Part shown: positions 23,593-36,257 of the stretch, piece after piece
Numbering within the stretch: the first letter of the stretch is position 1
Layout of the letters: every line of letters starts with the position of its first letter
Source: Octopus sinensis
Taxonomy: Eukaryota
NCBI RefSeq assembly: GCF_006345805.1
Contig: NC_043024.1
Location: 620,001 to 684,000, forward strand
Length of the DNA: 64,000 bases
Direction: 5' to 3'
Program-made: the position numbers and the translations under genes
Notes under the pieces: model-generated
What the model saw: the letters and a program-made list of their open reading frames with translations, nothing else
What the model was told of the DNA's origin: nothing
Databases searched by the model: none

Positions 23593-23705
23593 ATATATGC
23601 ATGTATATATATGTATGTATATGTGTGTGTATATATGTATGTATGTGTATACATATATGTATGTATAGGTTTATATATGTTTGTGTATGTATGTATATAT
23701 ATATA

Positions 23706-23746
<41 letters not shown>

Positions 23747-26039
23747 TGAGAAAAAAATCCTTTTATTTCTTCATTATTATTAGTGCTTTCATTCCTTTGG
23801 GTAAAAGAAAATACAAGAGAGTCAGTTTAACTGATTTTATTCAATGCATTCCCCTCTTAGATTCACACACTTATTGCAGTGGTCCTTCAGTTTTTCTAAG
23901 CCCTGTAAAAGAACTTGGATGTTTGGGCCTCCAACAAGGCCTTATGCGACATCCTTGAAGCCAGGAACTTTTCAGCACCCCACTTAGGTGTGTGTGAGTG
24001 TGTGTGTGCTTAATTTTAACGTTCCACATTTTAGTACATTTAACTTGAATCACATTTATTATCACTTGAGCACCTGGTAACAACCTGTCTTATCTTTTCA
24101 TTGTCACTCACACATACACACACATATATTAATACATACACTCACACATACTCTATCACATTGCCTCTACCTTGCTTTCATTTTTTTACACACACACACA
24201 CACAAACACACATGCATACATTGATACAGTGTAACTCACAGTCACACATAGACTTTCTTATCACAGTCTGACTCAACGTATCAATACACTCACACCTCCA
24301 CACACACACACACACACACTACTCTAACTCTTCAATAATATCACATCTCTGTTCTTGACCTCTTCCACAGCCTCCACCACCCAATTAGACATATCCCACC
24401 CATCCACCCATGCCATTAGCTATCTCCTTCATTATGTTTCTTTCTTCCTATATCATCATTTAATGTCTGCTTTCCATGCTGGCATGAGTTGGATGGTTTG
24501 ACATGGAGTTGGCTAGCAGGGATCTGTCCAGATTCCAACTGTCTGTTGTGGCATGGTTTCTATGGCTGGATGCCCTTCCTAATGCCAACCACTTTACAGA
24601 ATGTGCTGCATGCTTTTTACGTGCCACCAGCATTGGTGCATTAACGCAGCAGTGGCACGGGTGCTTTTTAAGTGGCATCAGCACCTAAAATGACAAGCCT
24701 GAATGGGTGGAAAACAGCAAATGCTTTTTTATTATTATTATTTTCTCGAGGCTTTGGACTCCTAAAGCTGGTTACTCTGTTTCCATGCTGTATAACTGAC
24801 TAGTATGAAGGTGCATGGTTCAGTGGTTTGAGCATTGGACTCACAATCGTGAGGTAGTGAGTTTGATTACCAAACCATGATGTGTGTTGTGTTCTTGAGC
24901 AAGACACTTTGTTTCACGCTGCTCCAGTTCACTCAGCTGTAGAAATGAGTTGCGATGTCACTGGTGCTAAGCTGTATCAGCCTTTGCCTTTCCCTTGGAT
25001 AACATTGGTGGCGTGAAGAGGAGAAACTGGTTTGCAAGGGAAACTGCTGGTCTCCCATACCCAGCCTTGCCCAGACTTGTGCCTCAGAGGAGAACTTTCT
25101 AGGTGCAATCCCATGGTCATTCATGATCAAAGTGGTTCTAAGATTATTGACAGATATCACATTTCCCCTGAATGAGGTCCCAGTCCATTGCAAAGTTGAA
25201 GCCCAGTGATTTTGAGAGGAGGGGATTAGTAGACTACACCAACCCCCAGCACTTAATGAATTTTTATCAATCTTGAAAGGATAACAAGCTAAATTGACCT
25301 TGGCAAGATTTGAACTCAGAATGTAAAGAACTGGAAGAAAGGCCACCAAGCATTTTATCTCACATACTAATGATATTGCCAGCTCACAGCCTTTGACCCC
25401 ATCAGGATTTGAACTCAGAATGTAAAGAGCACGAAGATATGCTTCTCAGCATTTTGTCACACTTGCTAATAATTCTACCAACACACCTATTACATACCAT
25501 ATTTTCTGGCGTATAAGTGCAATTTTTTCCCCCAGATTCCTTCACAAGTCCCCCTGCATCATATATGTTGATGGTCAGGATTTGGGTAGATTTGGTTAGT
25601 GTTATTAATGACGGACAATACTGGTGATGGTGGAAGTCAGTGGTGATATTTGGTTAATGTAAGTATAGCTGCCATAATAGGTGACCAAAAGGTTTCAGTC
25701 TAAATTTTCATGGTTTCTATGCATGAAATCATGTGAGATCGTCAGCTTGGGGATTCAGGGTCTGCTGCAGTTTCCTTCCTGCAGATTAGGTCTGCTAAAA
25801 TTGGGATGCATCTCCGAATACATAATAATTTTCAAGTGACTGCAACCGTGCTAGTAATCTCTGTCCCCTATTTGCTTTGTAGGTCCTTGATTTCATGTTG
25901 GATGTCTCTACGATCACCAATGTATCAATTATCTCAATGTTGTTGAATGCTTTTTCATCCTCTATTAAGGTGTAAAAGCCTTCACAATATTATAACTACT
26001 CATATGCCTTGGTGTTTGATATGATAGTAGTAAGCAGTA

Positions 26040-26410
26040 AAGCCTGCATTACACTACCTCCAACGCTACACTGTGCAAAAGGATACCACCACCACCAATC
26101 TGCCACTAACCCTACCCCACTCTACTACTACAACCCTCATGCTCACCACCACAAATCCGCTACCACCACCACTACTACTACCTTAACTACCACCATACCC
26201 ACTACTACCATCACCACCACCACCACCATCACTACTACTACCACCAACACCACTCTCGTAGTGATCACCATACACTCATACACAATACAATTTACAACAC
26301 TGCACTGTGCTATACAACATTACATGACACTGCATCACCTCCAACATCACACCACCAACTACACCATTGCACCTCTCTCAGTCCCTTCAACTCCCACCAC
26401 CACACACAGA
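26040..26410. repeat. (CAC/TAC)n low-complexity tract
   Basis: Directly visible. Similar tracts at 9930-9990, 29160-29260, 51250-51350 and 51550-51720. Confidence 0.85.
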
Positions 26411-27724
26411 CTAAATGTTATCTTGTTGTTTGTTTCATAGTTGGCAGCATTTTGTCCAAGGGTTAATAAAATAAGTACCAGTCGAGTAATTGATTAACTT
26501 CCTGGCCCCAAGTTTTCAAACCTTGTACCCATATAGGAAAGGGTTACTTACGTTCAGAGTTTTTGCTTTTCAATGAGTAAAAGAACGACAAGAGCAAAAG
26601 GTGTCCATCAGAGTCAGATGGAACTGTTGATGCCTCTCACTTGCAATGACTGTCTTCATTTTCAGGAGAACAGGAAGAAGGAATCAAAACCCCTAAGCAG
26701 ATACATGATATCAAAGGAAGGACTGCCTAGAGCAGGGTTCGGTGAAAGCACGTGGTTAAGTGGTTAGGGTGTTCGACTCATCATCAATAAGGTCACGGGT
26801 TTGGTTTCTAGCAGGAACAAGGACGATTATTATTATCCCTCAGTGATCGTTTTTATTGCATGCTTTCACTGCTTAACCAAGTACATTCACAACAGAAGAG
26901 AGTTTTAATGAGTTTTGTAAGATGCTATAGTAATCTAAATAGTGATGATCAGATATCAAGGAAAACCAGTTATTGGGAAACCCTCTGGCCCCAGAGGTGC
27001 CAGATATGAGGGAGTTCACTGTATACAGATTATATATTTTCAAATAAATTTTTGAGTCGTTTCTGTATTTAATTCTATATTTATACTTTTATTATTTAAT
27101 GGTAGAGGCAAACTGGCAGAATCGTTAGCATACTGGACAAAATACTTAATGGCATTTCATTCATCTTTACATTCTGCTGATATTGACTTTGTCTTTCATC
27201 CTTTTCAGGTCAGTAGGATAGGTATCAGTTGAGCACTAGGGTCTTTCCACTGCCTTAAAACTGCTGGCCTTGTGCTGAGGTTTGAAACCATTACCTATGG
27301 CACAGGCATGGCTATGTGTTTAAGAAGTTTTCTTCACAACTGCATGGCTTCAGGTTCAGTTCCACTACACAACACCTTGAGCAAGTGTCTGCTACTTTAG
27401 TCCCACTTTGACCAATACCATGTGGAAAAATTTGCTTGACAGAAAATATGAAAGCTGGTGTGGTGTATATATATATATGTGTGTGTTTTAGTGTTTATTC
27501 CCACCACCGTCTTTTGCTTGACAATTGTTGTTGGTTTGTTCCTCTATGTTACCTGTCCAGCAAAAGAGACCTATCGAATAAGTACCAGTGGGTCTGAACC
27601 TAGAATCACGTGGTTGAGAAGCAAAAATCTTACCATACAGCCAAGCCTGTGTCTATATATATTCATCAGCTTTGAGGTTCCGGTTATGTATTTTACTGCA
27701 TGTTTTTTTTTTACCATACTTAAG

Positions 27725-27920
27725 TCACTTATTACTTTCGCCTTAGCAAAGGTGGAGGTATTGTTTTCAGTCGTGTTGTCCATGGACAAGACATCTCAAG
27801 AACCACTGGATGGATTCGGATTAAACTTCCAGGGAAGTTTGGCCTCGTGACTGGCACAAACTGATTAGATTTGTGGATCAATCTGGTACCAGACAAGGAT
27901 TCTGGATTAATCTCCCTTTA
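27725..27920. mobile_element. Short non-autonomous element of the 'ttattacctccgcc...ggaggtattgttttc' type
   Basis: Starts ttattactttcgccttagcaaaggtggaggtattgttttcagtc. Resembles widespread metazoan Helitron-like or DINE-like short elements; recalled from memory, not searched. Confidence 0.4.
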
Positions 27921-29323
27921 GGCTGTTTCCAAAGTTTTATTTTCATTTCTTTATTATTAATTTTACTTGCATCTCTATCTTAGTAGAAGCTGATGGATAA
28001 AGAAATCAAACTACATAAACAAATGGCAGCAAAACCGTTCAGAAATTAAATAACATTAACATATTTTTATAATATATATATTATGTCAGTGCCTCCTGAC
28101 TGGTCCTGTGCTGGTGGCACATAAAAAGCAACATTCGAGTGTGATCACTGCCAATGTTGTCTGACTGGCTCCCATGCCAGTGGCATGTAAAAAGGCCCCT
28201 CTCAGAGTGGTTAGTGTTAGGAAGGGCATTCAGCTGTAGAAACCTTACCAGATCAGATTGAGACCTGGTGCAGCCTCCTAGCTTGCCAGTCGTCCTCAGG
28301 AATCATTTTGTATGTCTTTATGTTCTGAGTGTGAAAGTGCATAGCTTAGTGGTTAGGGTATTCGGCTCACAGTCACAAAGTTGTGAGTTCAATTCCCAGT
28401 GACATGTTGTGTCCTTGAGCAAGACACTTTACTTCACATTGCTCCAGTCCATTCAGCTAGCAAGAATGAGTTGTGCCTGTAATACAAAGGGGGCCAGCCC
28501 TGTCACACTCTGTGTCCTGCTGAATCTCCCTGAGAACTACGTTAAGGGTACACGTGTCTGTGGAGTGCTCAGCCACTTGCATGTTGATTTCACAAGCAGG
28601 CTGTTCCATTGATCGGATCAACTGGAATCCTCGTCATCATAACTGATGGAGTGTCAGTAGTAGTTATGTTCTGAATTCAAATTCTGCTGAGGTTGACCTT
28701 GCTTTTCATCCCTTTGGAGGTCAATAAAGTAAGTATCAGTCATGTACTGGGGTCAATATAATCAACACACCCCTTCTCCCTAAATTTTAGACCTTGCACC
28801 GGTAACCAGAAGGATTATTATAGAAATTGTTTCCATCTTCAGACTTCTCTTGAAAACTGCTTATAATCCGTACACGTGTGTAAACAGTGGGAGCATAATA
28901 AAATTGATTACTCCATTGCTTGGATTGAACTCAGAAACCAGACATCATGCTTTGTTAGTTTTAGTTGTTGGTTTGTTGTAACATATTAAGTCATGTTTCA
29001 GTTGTTAGAAACATCAGTATTTGTGGTAGAGTTTTATGTCAATGCCTAACGAGAATATAAATATCATTGAGATAGGTTAAGATAAATTAGATTTAGGGAG
29101 GTGAAGGGAAAGCTCCATTTGACCGAGAAACCTTTACCAGGGGGCATAGGGAGGAAAATGTGAAGGTGGTAATGGTGGTGGTGGTGGAGGAGTGGTTTTG
29201 GTGTTGGTAGTGGAGGATGTAGTGGTAGTAGTGGTGGTAATTGTAGTAGTAGCGGTAATGCTCGCAGAAAGAATACTTTTTATAAGTCTTTGTGCCTTTA
29301 TCTGAAGTTTTTAATCTTAACTT

Positions 29324-29611
29324 TTATAGTGGTTGACTTCTGGGTTTTCTTTCCTTTTTTTCATCTTCTCCATCCTCATCAGCCTTGCAACAATAGTTTT
29401 CGATTATGTCATCCAGGGTGTCAATGTGTGGTCTTATGAGCATATAAGATCGGATGAATTCATTCTTCTTCCGCTCTATCTGATCAATGGTTCTGTGCAA
29501 GCCATTGTTCCTCAGTGCAGCAGTGATGATGTTGTTTGGCGGATCGGCACTGGCAATCGTCCATTCTCGCAGCAGAAGATTCAATTCTTTCTTCTCCCAC
29601 TTTGGTGCCAT
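29324..29611 (-). CDS. 95-aa Myb/SANT-like (trihelix, Myb_DNA-bind_4-type) domain protein
   Basis: Intact ATG-to-TAA ORF in non-repeat DNA with Kozak-like gaagATGg. Pattern W-x3-E-x2-LL-x3-W ... I-x3-L-x3-G-x2-RT-x2-QI-x2-K-x6-Y, followed by an acidic/basic tail. Confidence 0.7.
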   Translation of the reverse strand: MAPKWEKKELNLLLREWTIASADPPNNIITAALRNNGLHRTIDQIERKKNEFIRSYMLIRPHIDTLDDIIENYCCKADEDGEDEKKERKPRSQPL

Positions 29612-29987
29612 CTTCGTTTTTTAAGCCCAGAGGGGGAGTAGAGAGTAGAGAGGAAGTGAGAGATAGAGGGAGGTGGAAAAGAAGAAACACAGAGGGGGGA
29701 ATAGAGAAAGAGATGAGGTGGGGTGTTAGAGAGACAGAAGGAGGTAGAGGAAGGGGAGAGACAGAGTGAAGGAGAGGAGGGGAAGAGAAAGAGAGACAGG
29801 AAAGGATGAAGGATGTGAGAGAAAGGGAGAAACAGTGTCTTCTATAGCTTTTGGCCAACCAAAGATGAACGGTGAACTTTATTCTCCTGTCTGTAGTCTT
29901 CTGTCTACAGTTTTACTCTTTGTTCTTCTATCTACTATTTTATTCATTATAAGCTGTGAATTTTCCAGTCTAGAACTTTCATGCATA

Positions 29988-30072
29988 CCTTATCTCTGAT
30001 GACGGTTTACCCAGTGTACGGACACGCTGGCCTGTCACTTGGGATATCCCAGAAACAGCTGTAAGACTTAAA
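29988..30072 (+). ncRNA. Degenerate hammerhead-like motif
   Basis: CUGAUGA (29996-30002), structured stem II region, GAAA (30052-30055), palindromic ACAGCUGU, GUA triplet. Stem I is only 3 bp (UCU/AGA) and stem II closure is non-canonical. Confidence 0.4.
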
Positions 30073-30984
30073 ATTCACCTTACCCTAATTAGATATTCTA
30101 AATGACTTGAGATATTCATCCTGCCTTTGTTTTCGTTGTCCCTTTTCCCTCTGATATAATATATATTGAGACCCCCTCCGGTCATGACTGACCGTGGGAT
30201 TGCACCTAGAAAGTTACCCTCCCAGGCACAAGTCCGGGCAAGGTTGTTTATGGAAGACCAGCAGTTGCCCATCCATACCAGCCTCCCCAAGGGAAAGGCA
30301 ACAGCCGATACAGCTAGGTACCTGTGATATCACAACTCATTTCTACAGTTGAGAGAACTGGAGCAATGTGAAATAAAGTGTTTTGCTCAAGAACACAACA
30401 CGCAGCCTGGTCCAGGATTCGAACTCACAACCTAACCACTGAACCGTGCACCTTTACACAAATATATATACATACATATACATATATATCTATTTTAGCC
30501 TCAGGTCAACCAAAGCTTTGTTAGTGAGCCATCATGTGTGTGTGTGTGTGGGTGAAAGTGCTTGTCTCCTTTGATAGATGGGAGGGAATATATATATAAA
30601 TAAGTGTATATATATATATATATTCTTTTAATCTTTTAGTTGTATCAGTCATGCTGGAACACTACCTTGAAGTATTTTAGTTGAACAAATCAATTCCATG
30701 CCTTATTTTCTAAGCCTAGTACTTATTCTGTCAGCCTCTTTAGCTGAACTGCTATGTTACAGGGACCTAAACACACCAACACCGGTTGTCAAGTGGATAT
30801 TGAGGGACAAACAGACACAAAGATACACACACATACATATATATGACAGGCTTCTTTCAGTTTCTGTCTACCAAATCCACTCACAAAGCTATGATAGAAG
30901 ACACTTTCCCAAGGTGCTACGCAGTGGAACTGAACCCGGAACCATGTGGTTAGGAAGCAAGTTGGAAGTACAGTAAACTTTAAG

Positions 30985-31100
30985 AGTAATCTAGATGATG
31001 AAATCAATGTTAGAATATCTAAGGCTCCAAGTGCTTTTGGAAAACTTCCCATCGTTTGTCGGATGAACATAGTGTCAGTCTGAAAACTAATGTATATACT
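30985..31100 (+). mobile_element. RTE-like LINE fragment
   Basis: SNLDDEINVRISKAPSAFGKL matches the RTE RT motif DDEI..RI.KAS.AFG.L. Confidence 0.7.
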
Positions 31101-32248
31101 GCTCTATATCTTAGAGTGTGCTTCTTAAAGATTTGTTTTTTTTTCTACAAACGATATATATATATATATATATATAGATAGATAGATAGATAGATCAGAT
31201 ATATACACACAAACACATGTATACATACATTTAGAGGCACAAGCGTCTAAACACAGAAAAATGTTCTGAAACTCAAGTAGATTGTAAATATTGATTGTAC
31301 AACCGAGATTTACCTCTGTTAATTCATGCACACACACACACACACAGAGATACACACATATGCACATATTGACAAGCTGTATATACACACACTTATAGAT
31401 ATGTTTTACACGAAACAAGACTTTAAGGACAGTGACTTGAAGGTTTCATAATCTGCGTAAAGTCGCGCTTACATAAGATTGTGCGTACGCGCTCGTATGT
31501 ATGCGTGTGTGTGTGTGTGTGTCTGTACCGACGCGTCCATGCTTGTAAATGTGTGTATGTACGCACTCATATATGTATGCGTGTATGTACGTGTTTATGC
31601 TTGTTTGTATGTGTGCGAGGGACATAGAAAGAGTTTGTGTGTGTATGTTCTCGTCCATGTAGGTATGTGAGGGAGGGAGAGAGAGAAAGAGAGGGTTTTG
31701 TGTGCGTACCCATCCATGCATGTATGTATATGTATATGTGTGTGTGTGTGTGTGTGCGTGCTGTGTCCTTCTCACTTCCTTCAAACCACCTTTCTGACAT
31801 TCTTATCGATTATCTTCCACAAGGTTGAACATACACACATTCATTAACATACACTCAGTCATTCACACCTGTATATTGTAACTCATACACACACTTACAC
31901 CCATGTTAACTTGGAAGGGTGGAATTGTGAAAGAGCTTCTGCTAACTGTCAGCAATTTAATAAAAGCGCGCATCCATGCATGTGTGTGTGTGTGTATCCG
32001 ATGTGTCTCAGTCTCTTTGTATGTATGTGTGAGTGTCTGCCTCTATACTTATGTATGTGTAAGTTGAATTGGCAGCGTCCTTTGCGCGTTAGATAGACTA
32101 CTTCCCGTTATCTGTTCGACTTTATGCGTTCTGAGTTCAAATCTGATCGAAGTCAAGTCTACCTTTCATCCTTTCTTGCGTTTATTGGCGGTAGTGGTTT
32201 TGCATAAGCTATGTGTGTACCGTACAGGGTGGCTACTTTATATATATA

Positions 32249-32306
<58 letters not shown>

Positions 32307-32334
32307 GTAAATGTAATATGTAACAATTATTCGG

Positions 32335-32408
32335 TAGCCATGATAAAACTCAGAGTTTCGGATGCCGAGGGGGAAATCCACGCCGTCATCTCTTCAGTTA
32401 TCCGGCCA
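32335..32408 (-). ncRNA. Near-canonical minimal type-I hammerhead ribozyme (Penelope type)
   Basis: UGGCCGGAUAA-CUGAAGA-GAUG...CAUCC-GAAA-CUC-U-GAG-UU/UUAUC-A-UGGCUA. Stem I is 5+6 bp, stem II is GAUG/CAUC with one extra C, stem III is ACUC-U-GAGU, triplet GUU. Predicted cut between 32347 and 32346. Confidence 0.75.
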
Positions 32409-32429
32409 TCGGAAATATACCACTTTTAT

Positions 32430-32466
<37 letters not shown>

Positions 32467-33059
32467 TGTATCGAACCAGTATTGCTTTGGATGACACCAT
32501 CCCTACATGAGGCTAACGTAACCTCTAATCGAATCACACACACACACGTGTTCGCTGTAGTCGAAGGTATATAACATTTAAGTAAGGACGCAAAACGCAT
32601 TATGTCACAAACAAGCAGAACAGTGAAAAAGTTGTGCAAAGATGTCTTGCAGTATCGGCCTCAGTGAGAGGGCGAGACTTGCATGAAGGAGTAACTGGCC
32701 ATCTTAATCAAAATTTCTTGCACAGGCCTGCATATACATTATATATTAGTCTCAATTTTTGCACAAAGCCAGCAATTTCAGGAGGGGTTTACGTTGATAT
32801 AACATCGACCCCCTTTCCAAATGGTACTTATTTTATCGACTCAGAAAGGACGAAGGACAAAGTCGACCGCAGCGGATTTTGAACTCAGAATATAAAATCG
32901 GAAGAAATACCGCGAAGCATTTTATCCGGTGTGCTAATGATTCTGCCAGCTCGCATAAGATATAAGGGTCTAGGAGTAATGATTAATGCAGTAGAGGTGA
33001 AGATGAGAAGAGATAAGGGAAACCGGCTCCGAAGAACAGAGAGAGAGAGAGAGAGAGCA

Positions 33060-34030
33060 CTTAAGTGGGTCCGGATATTTTAAGTGTATTTATTCGTGAC
33101 TTTAGAGTAATCAGACGTGTGGCATTTGGAGACAGCCGACAGTGTCCTTATTTGTGATGACAATTCTATAATAGATGAATAAGAACTCCCTTGTGAAGCT
33201 CACTTAAGTTTTACAGACGTCTGTAGTCCATGGGAGAATGTAGTATATGCTAGTACTGCAGAAGAAACCGAAACTTCGAAGTGCTGCCGAGGACCTTTCG
33301 TTGTATATAATGGAGAGCTTCAAAGTAAAAAGGAAACAGCTGTCCACAGTCATCACGCATCAGACTTCAACTTTCAGTTCCTGGATGTCGGCGATGCAAT
33401 GTTACATACAAATAATAAAATAGATGTGGAGTTTTATCAAAACGTAAACATCGCACCATGCATGGAACACGAGTTTCTTCTCAACTTATGCAAGAATGGT
33501 TTAGCAATTGTTTTCCTTTCACTTTCTTTTGTTTATCGTTTAGTCAGAAGAGAAGGGCAAGCACACGACCCTTTTTTTTTATAGGGCCTCCGAGACTGGT
33601 GGGAGGTAGAAAAGTTTCTTTAAATTGGAAATCTAGTTCAGATGTTTGCAACAGAAAGGAATCCGCTGAAAGCATCCAAATGGTGGCATTAAACAGGAAC
33701 GAAGAGTGTGTACCGCTCATTATCTTTGGAAAGATCTCCAACGCAGTTTTCGCTAGAGAGAGGTGTTTATGTATGTGGTGTACGGTATGTGCGCGCGCAC
33801 GAGAGGTGCTGTTGTAGTGGTGGTGGTGGTTGTTGCGGTTGTGGTGGGGTATAATTCTGTGTTCGACTGACGTCTGTGTTCTGTGAGTGGTCGATAGCCG
33901 CGCGTGGTAAGTCGGATCCAGTCTCTCTTAAAAGCTCCCACACAGCCCCAGACGGTGCTTTGTTCCAATGACAGAGATGTCACGCTTTCTTGCCGGCCAG
34001 ATTTTCTCTCGTTTTATGAGAAAGGTAAAA
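33060..34030. promoter_or_regulatory. CpG-rich unique region, putative promoter or first exon(s)
   Basis: Non-repeat, CpG-retaining, with (GA)n, gcgcgcgc and CRE-like tgacgtc (about 33868). Donor-like sites on + at gtg|gtaagt (33907) and aag|gtaaaa (about 34025), and on - at taa|gtgagc (about 33203). Confidence 0.4.
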
Positions 34031-34381
34031 TATCTTTTTTTGACATTTTTTAAATTCCTCTTTCGTAGCTTTTAATGTTCCTTTTCTTCTCTGTTTGTAA
34101 AATAGGAATCCCGAAAATAAGTATCCCTGAAGTATAAATCCGTCCAGTTTTGTGAATCGATGAAGTATCTTTTGTGCGCTTCTTCACATGTCAACTTGAT
34201 CGATAGATCGACGCATGCATATATATATATATGTATATTTAGACGTGTGTGTGTATATGTATGTGTGTTTGCGTATATAAAACTAGATAACGAAGAAAGA
34301 AATAGTGAATGTAATTGCAATAGGAGAAAAGAGAAAAAGCTCGGCAGATGGAGAGACGAAAAAAGTTACACACATATATAG

Positions 34382-34435
34382 AATCAAAATAAGCAACAAG
34401 GATATCCTAAGGTATCCTTGTTGCTAATTTTGATT
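34382..34435. other. Compact hairpin, 23-bp stem with one mismatch
   Basis: aatcaaaataagcaacaaggata - tcctaagg - tatccttgttgctaattttgatt. Confidence 0.85.
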
Positions 34436-36203
34436 ATAATCTCCCCATTTGATTTATATGGATAATACCATACAAAATTATGGTGCTTTTAACTTAAGTA
34501 CCATATTCATCTGAATCTAAATTTTGCTGAACTTATATATATATATGTATATATATACATATTTATATATATGAGATAGAAATAATGTAGGAGTATCGAT
34601 TAGGATATGAAGCGGGTGAATAGATGGTGAATTAAAAGATGGATTGATAAGGATAGAGGTTTTAGAAGAGGAAAGAATTGGTGTAGCGAGACAGAAATGC
34701 CTTAAAGACATTTCTTCTTCCTTTATATTCTCGAGTTCAAATTTCGCTGAGGTCAACTTTGGGAGTCGAAGTAAATCGAGAAACCGCTTTTCTCCTAAAA
34801 AAATGCCTAAATTAGAAGCAGTTATTGGCTGACCCCTAAACACCGGGTGTGCGTATTTCTTACTTTCGCTCTTTTATTATTTGTTGAGAATTTGGGAGTT
34901 ATTCAGAAGTATTCAATTTCGTGCTAAAGTATTTTTACAAAACTTGCAAGCACTCGATCCTTGGAAAGTTGCTCATGGAGCTTCTTGGTTTAAATACATG
35001 CATTCCGACCGTGACCATCCCAACAGCGGTAGTGTGGTTTGAGGGAACTTGGTTAATATTACTAGCAATTTTTGCATAAACGTGTGGTATAGATAGACCA
35101 TTGGGTAGATAGACTGAAATAGTGTTATTGATGATAGACAAAGGATGTGTGAATATAACTACATAAATGTATTTATGATATGTGTAAGATATATGTGCCT
35201 GTATATAAATTGAGGGGTGTCTATTTTTGAGATGTCTAAATAGACAAGACACAGTGAGGGTGAAAGTGTTATTGATAGAATGCCGGATATATAGACAAAG
35301 GGTGAGACAGTTGTATGTATAGATAGATAGGTTAATAGTTTGAGTGGATAACAGGGAGAGAGGATATGCGAAAGTTTCTATAAAAAGAATCCAACCCGTC
35401 TAGTTGTCTTTTCTTTCAGATGTGTAATGTCGAGCGTGTATAAATGCATGTGAAATTCATTAATCCTTAGGTCTCGACTTTCTCTCTAATCTTGTCTGAT
35501 CGACAACAACTAAAATCCAGTTTCTGTTTCGCTCATCCTTGAATATGTTGAAAGGCATTCCATCCGTGACTGCCCTGTCTTAGCAGATTGGACTGCGATA
35601 TGCCATGTAATCTGTATTCTACGGTAGGTTAAAGTATATACACACATAAATTAATTTGAAAAGCTGTAGATAAAACAACTTATAAAATCACTGTATTACC
35701 GAAAAATTATAATCAATATTTATTTTTTGAATATAAAAATAAAGGCGGAAGAGTACCATACGCACCCGTCCCCTTTTTCGATTAAAAAAAATGTAGGCAG
35801 AGGTACGTGTATGGTACACCTCTGCTGACGTATGTGTGCGCGTGTATGTATATCTATATATACACACACACATTCATACACGCTTTTTATTACTAATTGA
35901 CAAAAATTACATAGACTTGCAGGGCTGAGAGTTTCGGGTGGGGTACATACATTTATAAAGCGGTAGTTATATATATAAGGTACAGGCTTGACTGTGTGGT
36001 AAGTAGCTTGCTTCCCAATCATATGGTTCAGGGTTCAGTCCCACTGCGTGGCACCTTGGGCAAATGTCTTTTACTATAGCCTCGGGTCGACCAAAATGTG
36101 AGTGGATTTGGTAGACGGAAACTGAAAGAAGCCCGTCATATAATGTGTGTGTGTATATACATATATATATACATACATACATATATATACACACATATAT
36201 ATA

Positions 36204-36257
<54 letters not shown>

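Noticed and set aside
25600-25980. Possible exon (VLDFMLDVSTITNVSIISMLLNAFSSSIK) or LINE remnant
   Set aside because: Neither reading gives a recognisable motif. Left unassigned.
26009-26440. Thr/His-rich 143-aa ORF resembling a mucin
   Set aside because: Low-complexity CAC/TAC tract with a TTG start and no splice or domain support.
26552-26726. Minus-strand AG/GT-bounded segment with a single in-frame TGA (selenocysteine idea)
   Set aside because: No selenoprotein motif, no recognisable SECIS and no homolog. At most a non-coding exon.
34880-35060. Protein-like frames (e.g. ELFRSIQFRAKVFLQNLQALDPWKVAHGASWFKY), and similar ones at 38870-39080 and 62770-62900
   Set aside because: No start or convincing splice boundaries and no recognisable family. 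Some overlap a common short repeat.
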